A stretch of DNA of 53,116 bases, taken from assembly GCA_001004005.1 (NCBI GenBank), contig LCQF01000023.1:1-53116 (forward strand), read 5' to 3'. Source of the DNA: Parcubacteria group bacterium GW2011_GWA2_49_9 (GTDB lineage Bacteria > Patescibacteriota > Minisyncoccia > Phycocordibacterales > UBA10002). Positions 1-8,960 of the stretch are shown one piece after another. How positions within the stretch are numbered: the stretch's first letter is position 1; every line of letters begins with the position of its first letter. Made by a program: the position numbers and the translations under genes. The notes below the pieces were generated by a model. The model worked only from the letters and a program-made list of their open reading frames with translations, did not search any database and was not told the DNA's origin.

Positions 1-2
1 AC

Positions 3-104
3 ACAGTAGCTCCCGGGGCCGATGGAGCAGAAGGCGAGGGAGAGGAAAAGGAACTTGACCCGGATATGATTGAGGATACGTTTGACGACGTAGACCCCCT
101 CTAA
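3..104 (+). CDS. 3' end of an upstream gene; acidic tail ...IEDTFDDVDPL*; 5' part lies outside the window
   Basis: Frame is open from the window edge to TAA at 102-104. A weak CCCC/GGGG hairpin plus T-run follows at ~164-184. Confidence 0.3.
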   Translation, partial: TVAPGADGAEGEGEEKELDPDMIEDTFDDVDPL

Positions 105-201
105 AAGCGCGGATTCTCGCGGATTAAGACGCGGATAGGCGCTGATGGGAACAAAAAACAAAGCCCCGATACGTTGGGGTTTTTGTTATACTTATCCTTA
201 T

Positions 202-783
202 ATGCACTATCTGGTCATTCTCGGCGCGGCGGCAAACATAGTCGGTACAAGTTTCTACATTCGCGACACATTCCGCGGCACAACCAAGCCGAACAGGGTT
301 ACGTGGCTCCTGTGGAGCGTTATACCGTTCATCGCTTTTGCCGCAGAACTTGCGGCGGGAGTTCGTTGGGCGACTCTTCCCGTTTTCGCGGCGGGATTTA
401 CGCCGTTTATGGTTCTCTGCGCTTCCTTTTTCAATAGAAACTCTTACTGGAAACTGGGTACGCTCGACTATCTGTGCGGCCTCCTTTCCATCATCGCTAT
501 CGTACTCTGGCAACTAACCGGCGAGCCTTCGGTCGCTATCGGGTTTGCCATCCTCGCAGACACACTGGCAACAGTTCCCACGTATGTGAAAACATGGAGT
601 TATCCCGAAACTGAATCCTCGGCGACGTACTTTGGCGGAGTGTTCAGCGCGGCAACAGGTATGATTGTCCTTCCCTCTTTCACCTTCAACGGGCTAGCTT
701 TCCTTGTCTATGCGGCAAGCACGTGTCTCATTCTCATCTTCCTTATTTATCGAAAGAGAATCGCTTCGTCCTTTGGGGCTTAA
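202..783 (+). CDS. Multi-pass integral membrane protein, function unknown
   Basis: ORF 145..783 contains several hydrophobic helices. ATG at 202 (MHYLVILGAAAN...) is preferred because 145-201 overlaps the upstream hairpin/T-run. Confidence 0.6.
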   Translation: MHYLVILGAAANIVGTSFYIRDTFRGTTKPNRVTWLLWSVIPFIAFAAELAAGVRWATLPVFAAGFTPFMVLCASFFNRNSYWKLGTLDYLCGLLSIIAIVLWQLTGEPSVAIGFAILADTLATVPTYVKTWSYPETESSATYFGGVFSAATGMIVLPSFTFNGLAFLVYAASTCLILIFLIYRKRIASSFGA

Positions 784-1994
784 CGGAACTCGATAAACCG
801 ATGTTTGCCAATGCGGTACTTACCCGCAGGAAATGACAGAGCAAAGTCTTCGCCTACTTTTGTATCTGAATCAAGACAAGTGACTGCTCCAGCGGCAATA
901 AGACGACGAAGTTCGGTTTTTGACGCCACAATTCCTTTTTCTATAAGTGTTCCCATCGGGTTTCCTTCACGCGAAATTTCTACAAAATCAACAGGTTTCC
1001 CTTCCGTAAACGCCGCGTCAAATGACGCCCGCGCCTTCGTTGCCTCGTCTCCTCCGTGAAGCAAGGAAACAACCGCCTCCGCAAGTTTCATTTTTTCTTC
1101 TTTCGGGTTCCCTCCGGACTCAAGCCGCTTCTTCATTGCCCCTATTTCCTCTTCGGAAAGAAGCGTGCACGATTCGGCGGCGGGGACAATCGCTCCGTCC
1201 GGCCAGCTCATAATCTTCCCGAAGCAATCGGCCGGTGTATCTAAGAAACTCACCATATTCCCTTCGGTCTTCCCCATTTTTTTCCCGCTCGGGTCGGCGA
1301 GGAGCTTCATGGAAATAACAAACTTCTCTTTGCCTTTCAGTTTTTTCAAGAGGTCGCGCCCTACAAGCATATTAAATGTTTGGTCATTCCCTCCCACCTC
1401 CCCATCAACATCCATAGCGACGCTGTCATAGCCCTGCATAAGCGGATAGAGGAATTCGTGCATATAGAGTTCCTTTCCCTCCGCGATGCGTTTCTGGAAC
1501 ATATCGCGCTTTACCATATCGGCGTGCGTAAGGTGGGAGGAGAGCTCTAGCACATCTGCAAAAGAAAGTTTCTCCAGCCATGTTGAATTGTATTTTAGTT
1601 CTGCCGGATTACCACCGGAAAAAGAAAGCATTTTGCTTGCCTGTGTTTTGTACAGTTTCGCATTCTCCAGCACCTCTTCATGGGTAAGTTTCTTGCGGGT
1701 AGCCGCTTTGTCAGTCGGGTCACCGATCATTCCGGTAAAATCCCCGATAAGAAGAATGACTTTGTGTCCCAGCTCCTGAAACTGCCTAAGCTTAAGTATC
1801 GGAATAATATGCCCAAGATGAAGTGAGGGACCTGTCGGGTCAATGCCCAAATAGATAGTCTGCTGTTCCCCGCTTTTGAGTTTCTTTTCCAAAAACTCCG
1901 CGCTGGGGTATACCCTCTCAACTCCTCGGGTAAGAAGCTCCTTGATGTTGGCTCCATCACTGGTTATCTGCGGTGTTTTGGCGAAAAATGACAT
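780..1994 (-). CDS. tyrS: Tyrosyl-tRNA synthetase
   Basis: Class I HIGH motif (PSLHLGHIIP), KMSKS-type motif (KKMGKT), and a C-terminal S4-like segment (ASKTELRRLIAAGAV). Confidence 0.9.
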   Translation of the reverse strand: MSFFAKTPQITSDGANIKELLTRGVERVYPSAEFLEKKLKSGEQQTIYLGIDPTGPSLHLGHIIPILKLRQFQELGHKVILLIGDFTGMIGDPTDKAATRKKLTHEEVLENAKLYKTQASKMLSFSGGNPAELKYNSTWLEKLSFADVLELSSHLTHADMVKRDMFQKRIAEGKELYMHEFLYPLMQGYDSVAMDVDGEVGGNDQTFNMLVGRDLLKKLKGKEKFVISMKLLADPSGKKMGKTEGNMVSFLDTPADCFGKIMSWPDGAIVPAAESCTLLSEEEIGAMKKRLESGGNPKEEKMKLAEAVVSLLHGGDEATKARASFDAAFTEGKPVDFVEISREGNPMGTLIEKGIVASKTELRRLIAAGAVTCLDSDTKVGEDFALSFPAGKYRIGKHRFIEFR

Positions 1995-2043
1995 GGTTAT
2001 TACTTTAGCACAATGGGCGCGAAATCGGAACGAGGTAAATTAC

Positions 2044-2137
2044 CTAATTCACCTAATTGTCTAATTTCTAATAAAAGGCTAAATAATCAAACTTCTGGGC
2101 TTTATCTTGCTTGTTTCGGTTTTATTAGGTGAATTAG
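2044..2137. repeat. Low-complexity CTAATT-theme inverted repeat in the divergent tyrS/PBP intergenic region
   Basis: ctaattcacctaat (2044-2057) is the exact reverse complement of attaggtgaattag (2124-2137). Further ctaat/attag motifs lie on both sides. Confidence 0.7.
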
Positions 2138-2177
2138 AAATTAGATATTAGAAATTCTTTCTGCTACCATTCTTTCC

Positions 2178-4697
2178 ATGACTCACCGCCACCACCGCCG
2201 TCATATCATACGGAGCTTTCTTCTCCTCTCCCTCTCGCTTGGCTTCTTGGGCGCAGGCCTCCTCATGCTTTGGGTGTCCTCGTGGAAGCTCCCCGACCTG
2301 TCGGAGTTCGGCAGCCGTAAAGTAAGTGAATCAACCAAAATCTATGACCGAACCGGTACGATTCTTCTCTACGACCTCCACAAAGGAGCGCGGAGAACTA
2401 TTGTTCCGTACAGCGAGATGTCGCTTAATGTAAAAAATGCCGCGGTGGCAATAGAAGATAGCGAGTTTTGGCAGCACAGCGGCATACGGATTACGGCAAT
2501 CTTCCGCGCCGTGTTCACCAATCTCTTTCAAGGAAATCTTCTTGGCGGACAAGGCGGCTCAACTATTACCCAGCAGGTTGTGAAGAATTCCCTCCTCACG
2601 AACGAAAAAAAGGTTTCAAGGAAACTAAAGGAGTGGCTTCTCGCACTCCGCATTGAGAAGACGTTGGACAAAGAAACTATTCTTTCTTTGTATTTAAATG
2701 AGATTCCGTATGGAGGTACCGTGTACGGTATCGGTGAAGCCTCGCAAACATTTTTCGGAAAAAATCCGCGAGACCTGTCTCTCGCGGAAGCCGCGTATCT
2801 TGCAGCGCTTCCGAACGCCCCCACCTACTACTCCCCTTACGGCAATCACCGAGACAAACTTGAGGAACGTAAGAACTTAGTTCTTCGCCGCATGCAAGAA
2901 GTCGGCTTTATCACGAAGGAAGAGCATGACGCCGCAAAGAAGGAGGAGGTGACCTTCAAACCAAGCAGCGAAACGGGAATTCTCGCTCCTCATTTTGTCA
3001 TGTATATACGCCAGTATCTGGAGGAGAAATATGGCCGTGAAGCGCTTGAACAGGAAGGGTTTAAAGTGATTACGACACTTGATTACGACCTGCAGAAACT
3101 GGCGGAGGATATCGTCAAAAAGTACGCGTTCTTGAATAAAGAGAAGTTTGACGCCGAAAACGCCGCACTGTCCGCGATTGACCCGAAGACCGGACAGATT
3201 CTTGTTATGGTGGGTTCTCGTGATTATTTTGATAAAGAGATAGACGGAAACTTTAACGTGAGCGTAGCCTACCGTCAGCCGGGCTCGGCGTTCAAACCTT
3301 TCGTGTACGCCGAAGCGATTAAAAAGGGGTACACACCGGAAACCGTCGTGTTTGACCTCCCTACCGAGTTTTCTACCGAATGCAACCCTGACGGAACGCC
3401 GATTCTTCCTCAAAATGAGGATAAGTGTTACAAACCTGAAAACTACGACGGAAACTACCGAGGACCTATATCGCTTCGCGATGCCCTCGCGCAATCGGTC
3501 AACGTCCCCGCTATTCAAGTGCTCTATCTTGCCGGCCTTCGCGATTCCCTTCGCCTTGCCAAAGATATGGGGATTACGACACTCGCCGATACCGACCGCT
3601 ACGGCCTCACCTTGGTGCTTGGAGGCGGCGAGGTAAAGCTTTTGGACCTTACCTCGGCCTATGGTGTCTTCGCCGCGGAAGGAGTCCGCAGAGAGCCCAC
3701 AGGTGTCCTCCGCATAGAAACAAAAGACGGCAAGATAGTGGAAGGGTGGAAAAACACCTACGAACAGGTGCTGGAACCTGAAATAACCCGCACCATCAGC
3801 GATATGCTTTCGGACAACAAAGCGCGGACACCGGCGTTCGGTGCAACCTCTCCGTTATATTTCCCGGGAAGAGATGTCGCGGCAAAAACCGGAACGACCA
3901 ATGACTTCCGTGATGCTTGGATAGTCGGCTATGCGCCCAACCTTGTCGTGGGGGCATGGGCCGGAAACAACGATAACCGGCAAATGCACAAGGTAGCGGC
4001 ATATATCGTCGCCCCACTCTGGAATGAATTTATGAAAGAGGCGCTCAAACGTATCCCTGTTGAATCTTTCTCAAAACCCGCCGAGAAGGACACGTCTTCC
4101 CTTCCTCCGGTGCTTCGTGGTATCTGGCAGGGAAACCGTACGTATTTCGTAGACAAATGGTCCGGCAAACTCGCGACTGAATTTACCCCTCCGGAATTTC
4201 GTGTTGAGCGCGCTGTGCGGGAAATACACTCAATCCTCTATTGGATTGACAAGAGTAACCCGACTGTTCCGCGGATGACCCTTCCGCAAACCGCCCCTCA
4301 ATTTGAGCGGTGGGAGTATGCCGTACGTACATGGGCAACCGAGCAAGGCTTTGCGGATGAGACGGCCGCGGTAATCCCAGTTGAAACCGATGACCTCCAC
4401 CGCCCCGAATTCGCCCCCAGTATCTCAATTACCAACCCTCTTCCCGGGTCCATTCTGGATAAAAAAGAGCACGTGGTTCTGCAAGCCGAGATAGCTTCCC
4501 GCTTCCCTGTCTCGCAGGTTCATTTTTTCGTCAACACTCTCTTTATCGGTTCAAGTACAAAAGCTCCTTGGCGTCTCTCTTTCTCTCCTGCCGAGTTGGA
4601 AACCTTTCTTGGTCAAGACAACGAACTTACGGTCGTGGCGTATGATGCTTTCCAAAACAAAGGACAGGCGACGGTTACGTTTGGGGTTGCGGAGTAG
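2178..4697 (+). CDS. Class A penicillin-binding protein (PBP1A family: glycosyltransferase + transpeptidase) with an extra C-terminal domain
   Basis: N-terminal TM. GT51 motifs EDSEFWQHSGI, GGSTITQQ, RKLKEW. Transpeptidase motifs SAFKPF (SxxK), SVN, KTGTT. Confidence 0.9.
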   Translation: MTHRHHRRHIIRSFLLLSLSLGFLGAGLLMLWVSSWKLPDLSEFGSRKVSESTKIYDRTGTILLYDLHKGARRTIVPYSEMSLNVKNAAVAIEDSEFWQHSGIRITAIFRAVFTNLFQGNLLGGQGGSTITQQVVKNSLLTNEKKVSRKLKEWLLALRIEKTLDKETILSLYLNEIPYGGTVYGIGEASQTFFGKNPRDLSLAEAAYLAALPNAPTYYSPYGNHRDKLEERKNLVLRRMQEVGFITKEEHDAAKKEEVTFKPSSETGILAPHFVMYIRQYLEEKYGREALEQEGFKVITTLDYDLQKLAEDIVKKYAFLNKEKFDAENAALSAIDPKTGQILVMVGSRDYFDKEIDGNFNVSVAYRQPGSAFKPFVYAEAIKKGYTPETVVFDLPTEFSTECNPDGTPILPQNEDKCYKPENYDGNYRGPISLRDALAQSVNVPAIQVLYLAGLRDSLRLAKDMGITTLADTDRYGLTLVLGGGEVKLLDLTSAYGVFAAEGVRREPTGVLRIETKDGKIVEGWKNTYEQVLEPEITRTISDMLSDNKARTPAFGATSPLYFPGRDVAAKTGTTNDFRDAWIVGYAPNLVVGAWAGNNDNRQMHKVAAYIVAPLWNEFMKEALKRIPVESFSKPAEKDTSSLPPVLRGIWQGNRTYFVDKWSGKLATEFTPPEFRVERAVREIHSILYWIDKSNPTVPRMTLPQTAPQFERWEYAVRTWATEQGFADETAAVIPVETDDLHRPEFAPSISITNPLPGSILDKKEHVVLQAEIASRFPVSQVHFFVNTLFIGSSTKAPWRLSFSPAELETFLGQDNELTVVAYDAFQNKGQATVTFGVAE

Positions 4698-4726
4698 CTT
4701 AAGCCTTACACGTTTCGCACTTTATC

Positions 4727-4827
4727 TGTCATTCCCTCGAAAGAGGGAATCCAGTTTGTAGCCGTTTAATAAGGCTCTGGATTCCCCTCCCCGCCTCCGC
4801 GAGGACAAGCTTTCAGGGGAATGACAC
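4727..4827. mobile_element. MITE-like palindromic element, TGTCATYCC...GGAATGACA family (copy A)
   Basis: Termini are tgtcattcc and ggaatgaca. Internal ggaatccag / ctggattcc arms. Related copies at 36221-36283, 38050-38155 and 52289-52350, plus a half-copy inside uvrD. Confidence 0.55.
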
Positions 4828-4849
4828 CGATTGTGTAGGTCCTATAGCT

Positions 4850-4879
4850 AAAACCGAGCACTTTAGGAAAAGTGCTCGG
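4850..4879 (-). terminator. Rho-independent terminator downstream of dnaN
   Basis: 10-bp stem ccgagcactt / aagtgctcgg with a 6-nt loop. On the minus strand it is followed by TTTT. Confidence 0.7.
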
Positions 4880-4918
4880 TCGTGAGAAATATGCTCGCCG
4901 AAAACGGCTCGGTATTTC

Positions 4919-6019
4919 TCAACGATTCATCGGCATCACGAGATACCGGAAACTTGCGTCGCCAACCCCGCCAATAAGCAATGGCTTATTTTCTCCACTG
5001 AAACGAAAAGCGACACTGTCCGCACCGAAGGTGTTCAAACAATCCGCGATGTATCGGTGGTTGAAATTACTTGTCAGTATTTCGCCGGTGAGTGCCGCAG
5101 GGAGAGCCGAGTCACTTTCCCCAAATTCACCGCTTTTAGCGGAAAGGGAGAACTGCTTCTTTTTCGGGTCAAGCGAGAGGCGTAACTGGTTAAATCGGTC
5201 GGAGAAGAGGGTGGTGAGCTTGAGGGCCGAGAGTAGGTCTTCTTTCAGCACCACCGCCTCTGTAGCGAATTCTTTCGGCATAATCTGCCGGTAGTCGGGA
5301 AAAGACCCTTCTACGAGCCGTGTGGTGAAGAGAAGCCCTGTTCCTTCAATAGTAAGCTGTCCTTTTCCGAGCGATATCCGGATTTCATCTTTTTCTTCCT
5401 CTAACATCCTTATTATTTCTGCAACATTCTTTATGGGTATCAGTACTGGTTGGAACGAAGCGGATGTTTTCTTAAAAGGTATTTTTTTTTCCGCCAAGCG
5501 GAACGAGTCTGTCGCGACAAAAACAAGCTCCTCTCCTTCTTGGTAAATATACACACTGGAAAGTTCCGGTTTTAGATTACCCACTGCCCCCGCGTAATGT
5601 ACCGCGCGAAGACCCTTAAGGAGGAGTTGTGGGTCCATAGAAAAACTACCTCCTTCCGCCCTCGGAATAGTTGGAAAATCATCGCTTGGTGTCCCGTTAA
5701 TCGTCGCCTTCGCCCCTTGCGCCGAAACAGTAAGTTTCCCCCCATCCTCTTCAAGAAAAACCCCCTTAGCCGCGCCGAGGTTTGACACAAACGAGGTAAA
5801 AACAGCTGCGGGGACGGCTATCGTTCCCTCTTTTTCAACCTTAACCGGAATAGTGTATTCAACCCCCATATCAAGATTGGTGGAACGAATGGTAAGCGCC
5901 CCTCGTTTTGCTATAAGTAGGAGGTGCGACAAGATAGGAAGAGAGGGGTGTTTTCCCGCGAGCCGTGCCGCTTTGTTTACCACATTCTGCAACTTATCTT
6001 TTATAGCTTCTATTTTCAT
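4919..6019 (-). CDS. dnaN: DNA polymerase III beta sliding clamp
   Basis: 366 aa, immediately downstream of dnaA. N-terminus MKIEAIKDKLQNVV...LPILSHLLL and a three-domain length typical of DnaN. Confidence 0.85.
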   Translation of the reverse strand: MKIEAIKDKLQNVVNKAARLAGKHPSLPILSHLLLIAKRGALTIRSTNLDMGVEYTIPVKVEKEGTIAVPAAVFTSFVSNLGAAKGVFLEEDGGKLTVSAQGAKATINGTPSDDFPTIPRAEGGSFSMDPQLLLKGLRAVHYAGAVGNLKPELSSVYIYQEGEELVFVATDSFRLAEKKIPFKKTSASFQPVLIPIKNVAEIIRMLEEEKDEIRISLGKGQLTIEGTGLLFTTRLVEGSFPDYRQIMPKEFATEAVVLKEDLLSALKLTTLFSDRFNQLRLSLDPKKKQFSLSAKSGEFGESDSALPAALTGEILTSNFNHRYIADCLNTFGADSVAFRFSGENKPLLIGGVGDASFRYLVMPMNR

Positions 6020-6408
6020 CCCGTAGTGAAATTTCAGGTCGTTCGCCGAGGCGGACTATTCCGAGATTTCGGTTAAAACAAGAACGAGGTTTTTAATAAT
6101 AAGATGGTGTATACACTTTTTCTATAAACCTGGAATTCTACTACGGGATTCATACCAATATACACAGTCTTAGTAATCTTACATTATTTTTTATATAAGA
6201 AAGATATTATTAAAGAGGGTGTGGATACGTGGATAAGGGGTAAAAAGAGGTATGTAACAACGGGTTTTTGATTCGGTATACACATACGTTTGGGTAAAAA
6301 GGGTGAACACTGTATTTTTATTTTCCTTCGCTATTGTTTTATCAACTTTTTGTACACACAGTACTAGTCTCTTTCCACACCTTTTTCCACAGGATAGCGC
6401 GATGTGAA
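6020..6408. other. Candidate oriC module (dnaA-dnaN intergenic): DnaA-box cluster plus AT-rich stretch
   Basis: tgtggatac (6220-6228) and gtggataag (6229-6237). R2-like boxes atatacaca (6158-6166) and gtatacaca (6276-6284). tttccaca (6372-6379) and ttttccaca (6383-6391). AT-rich tract 6180-6215. Confidence 0.6.
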
Positions 6409-7818
6409 TTACAGCAGTGCTCGAATCTGATTTATTTCCTGAAGGAGGTTTGGGTCCTCCCGAATCTCATTTTTTATCTTGTCGCATGAGTGGATAACGG
6501 TCGTATGGTCTCTTCCTCCAAGTTTTTGCCCAATGAGCGGGAAAGAAACATTACAGTCTTCGCGTAAAATGTACATCACAAGCTGTCGTGGCTTCACCAC
6601 TTCCTTCCTTCTCGTCTTCTCGTAAATATGGTTCTCGTCAATGTTATAAAAGTCAGCTACGACTTTCGTAATATCCTTAATTGACAAGGCTTTTTTGGGC
6701 TTACTGGTGTTCTTGAGTATGGATTTAACCTCCAAGACACCAAGGTCGCGTCCCTTTACCTGTGTCTGCATCATAATGGAATTCAGAATACCTTCAAGTT
6801 CACGGATATTTCCTTCAAGCGCCGCAGCGATATAGTCGGCCACGTCATCTTGCAGCTGGAATTTCATCATCCGAGCCTTGGTTTTTAAGATAGAAACCCT
6901 CGATTCCCTGTCGGGTGGCGGAATATCCACAATCATTCCCGCAGCGAACCGCGACTTCAGGCGTTCCTCCAAATTCTGGATGTAGTTCGGGTGTTTGTCG
7001 GAGGAAAAAATAATTTGTTTGTTGTGGGCATATAAATCGTTAAACAAATGGAAGAGCTCTTCCTGACTCTTCTCTTTGTTGGAAAAGAACTGGATGTCGT
7101 CCATGATAAGAACGTCATACTGTCGGTATTTTTCCTTAAACTGGCTGATGCGGCTTTGCTGCATCGCGGTGACAAAGTCTTGGGAAAACTTTTCCGACGT
7201 AACGTAAAAGACCTTCTGCCCCTGAAAAGCCGCTTTAATGTGATTTCCTACCGCTTGTATAAGGTGTGTCTTGCCGTGCCCCGTAGAGCCGTAGATAAAG
7301 AGCGGGTTATACGTAATCCCCGGGGTCTTGATAATCGCAAGCGCGGCTGCGTGTGCCAGCTCGTTAAAGGGACCCACCACAAACGAGTCAAAGGTATAAC
7401 GAGGGTTAAGATTGCTTTCCTTGTCCACGTAGTAATCTTGTAACGGAAGCTCGTGGGTGAGCGAAGGAGCGGCTCCTTTTGCTCCGGGGAGGTCCCGCTT
7501 TCTCGGGTCGTCCTTGCTGACGATATATTCAAGGGCGCGCACATGCTCGGAGAGATTTCGGAGTGAACGGAGGATGAACTTATGGTATTTATTAAGGAGC
7601 CAGTCCTTTACGAACGTATTGGGAACGGCAAGATACACCACCCCCTCCTCCACTCGGGAGATAGCCGTGTCCTTAAACCACGTAGTGAAATTCGCCTTTG
7701 AGACAGAAAGTTCTATTTCGATAAGAGCACTCTCCCAAAGTTGCTTCGTGTCGCTCATGGTCACGGAACCCATTGTCGCAACGGGATGAGTATATTCTTC
7801 GCTAAACGTATCGGACAT
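6409..7818 (-). CDS. dnaA: Chromosomal replication initiator DnaA
   Basis: AAA+ Walker A GSTGHGKTHL, Walker B LIMDDIQF, C-terminal DNA-binding signature GGRDHTTVIHSCDKI. The true start may be the second MSDT at 7758. Confidence 0.92.
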   Translation of the reverse strand: MSDTFSEEYTHPVATMGSVTMSDTKQLWESALIEIELSVSKANFTTWFKDTAISRVEEGVVYLAVPNTFVKDWLLNKYHKFILRSLRNLSEHVRALEYIVSKDDPRKRDLPGAKGAAPSLTHELPLQDYYVDKESNLNPRYTFDSFVVGPFNELAHAAALAIIKTPGITYNPLFIYGSTGHGKTHLIQAVGNHIKAAFQGQKVFYVTSEKFSQDFVTAMQQSRISQFKEKYRQYDVLIMDDIQFFSNKEKSQEELFHLFNDLYAHNKQIIFSSDKHPNYIQNLEERLKSRFAAGMIVDIPPPDRESRVSILKTKARMMKFQLQDDVADYIAAALEGNIRELEGILNSIMMQTQVKGRDLGVLEVKSILKNTSKPKKALSIKDITKVVADFYNIDENHIYEKTRRKEVVKPRQLVMYILREDCNVSFPLIGQKLGGRDHTTVIHSCDKIKNEIREDPNLLQEINQIRALL

Positions 7819-7868
7819 CGTAATATTGGTTATCTGTTTTTAGATTCGGCGTGAATAAGTAGGTACAC

Positions 7869-8040
7869 GAGTCTGTCGCACTGATAAGCGCCATACTAAA
7901 AGCGGTATTAAACCCTTATATTTCGTCTTCGCTCGGACGCCATTAAACTGCAGAAGTTTTCGCGGCGCTCCTCGCTAGCCGAAATAAAGAAGATTTTTGT
8001 GGCTTGGCTACTGCGGTCCCATTATCAGTGCGACAGGCTC
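7869..8040. repeat. 19-bp inverted repeat (1 mismatch) enclosing ~134 bp, between dnaA and rpmH
   Basis: gagtctgtcgcactgataa (7869-7887) pairs with ttatcagtgcgacaggctc (8022-8040). Confidence 0.7.
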
Positions 8041-8101
8041 TAGTATATACTGATAACGAAAATACAAAACTTGTAAAAAAGGCAGTGGTATGTTAATAAT
8101 G

Positions 8102-8110
8102 TGTGGATAA
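8102..8110. promoter_or_regulatory. Perfect consensus DnaA box (TGTGGATAA = complement of TTATCCACA) upstream of dnaA
   Basis: Exact 9-mer read in the sequence. Confidence 0.7.
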
Positions 8111-8200
8111 ATAGTGCATAACTTTTGACCAGTAACCATTGACTCTTAACAAAGAAGTTTTCTTGTCAAAAGTTAAAAGTTAATAGTCAGCGGTACAATC

Positions 8201-8353
8201 ATGAGCTTCACCTATAAACCAAAAAGGAAAAAGCGAGCGCGAACGCACGGATTTCTCTCGCGTATGACGACACCGGGAGGCCGAAGCGCCCTTTCAAGGC
8301 GGCGCGCTAAGGGGCGAAAAAAGCTTACCGTGAGCAGGAAGAGAAGCTCTTAG
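8201..8353 (+). CDS. rpmH: 50S ribosomal protein L34
   Basis: Not in the ORF track (50 aa). Manual translation: [50 protein letters not shown]. Classical rpmH-rnpA-yidC-jag order. Confidence 0.9.
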   Translation: MSFTYKPKRKKRARTHGFLSRMTTPGGRSALSRRRAKGRKKLTVSRKRSS

Positions 8354-8420
8354 GTTCTAGGTTCTAGCAAGACCTCTCTTTTTCTAGAAGCTCAAAGCTA
8401 GTAGCTAAAAGCTTTCCTGT
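8351..8420. repeat. CTAGAAS-theme heptamer hairpin filling the rpmH-rnpA gap
   Basis: taggttctaggttctagc ... ctagaagctcaaagctagtagctaaaagc. It runs from the rpmH stop codon to 1 nt before the rnpA ATG. Confidence 0.6.
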
Positions 8421-8762
8421 ATGCTCCCAAAAGCCAAACGTTTTACCACAGAGGATTTTAAGAAAATGCGGAAAATGCAGACCCTGCACGCTCCGCATTT
8501 TTTTATTCGCTACGCTCCGGTTCCGGCTGGAAGCGAAAAAACCGCGGTTATCGTTTCTTCCGGAACGTATAAAAGAGCGGTTGACCGCAACCTTCTTCGG
8601 CGCAGGATGTATAGTCTTGCGGCGAAACACAGCACCCACCTTGGCGGGAAGGCCTTGACGGTAACTCTAAAAAAAGGGGCGCTTGATGTGTCGTTTACCG
8701 AGTTGGAAAAGGAACTTCTGGCGTTGTTTCCCAAAAAAACGGAGCAAGGCGGGCGACCATAG
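8421..8762 (+). CDS. rnpA: Ribonuclease P protein component
   Basis: 113 aa, basic. RNR-like motif KRAVDRNLLRRR. Positioned after rpmH. Confidence 0.85.
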   Translation: MLPKAKRFTTEDFKKMRKMQTLHAPHFFIRYAPVPAGSEKTAVIVSSGTYKRAVDRNLLRRRMYSLAAKHSTHLGGKALTVTLKKGALDVSFTELEKELLALFPKKTEQGGRP

Positions 8763-8819
8763 CGGAGTAAACGGAAAGTTTGTATTTTACCCTCTTTCGT
8801 CTACAATGGGGGCATGTTT

Positions 8820-8960
8820 CCCGTAGTAGTCCGCCTAAGGCGGACAAGTTGCGGGAACTGTTCGCGGAGAGGGCCGCTTTTGCGCCCACCCAAGCCATTA
8901 TTCGCTAGCCGATTGTTTTTAGTTGTTTCCGCTGGAAACGACTTGAAATTTCACTACGGG
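8820..8960 (+). repeat. Long CCCGTAGTAG...TCACTACGGG leader hairpin abutting the yidC start codon
   Basis: Left arm cccgtagtag at 8820. Right arm tgaaatttcactacggg ends at 8960, directly before ATG 8961. The same element in the same gene-relative orientation lies at 6020-6147 before dnaN. Confidence 0.7.

Noticed and set aside
124-513. The 129-aa minus-strand ORF overlapping the membrane-protein gene.
   Set aside because: It lies entirely antisense to a hydrophobic multi-pass ORF, and its own sequence is Arg/Lys/Ser-rich low-complexity without motifs.
1995-2177. A T-box leader upstream of tyrS.
   Set aside because: Only 183 nt are shared with the divergent PBP gene. The region is dominated by CTAATT-type repeats, and no specifier-loop or T-box (AGGGUGGNACCGCG-like) sequence is visible.
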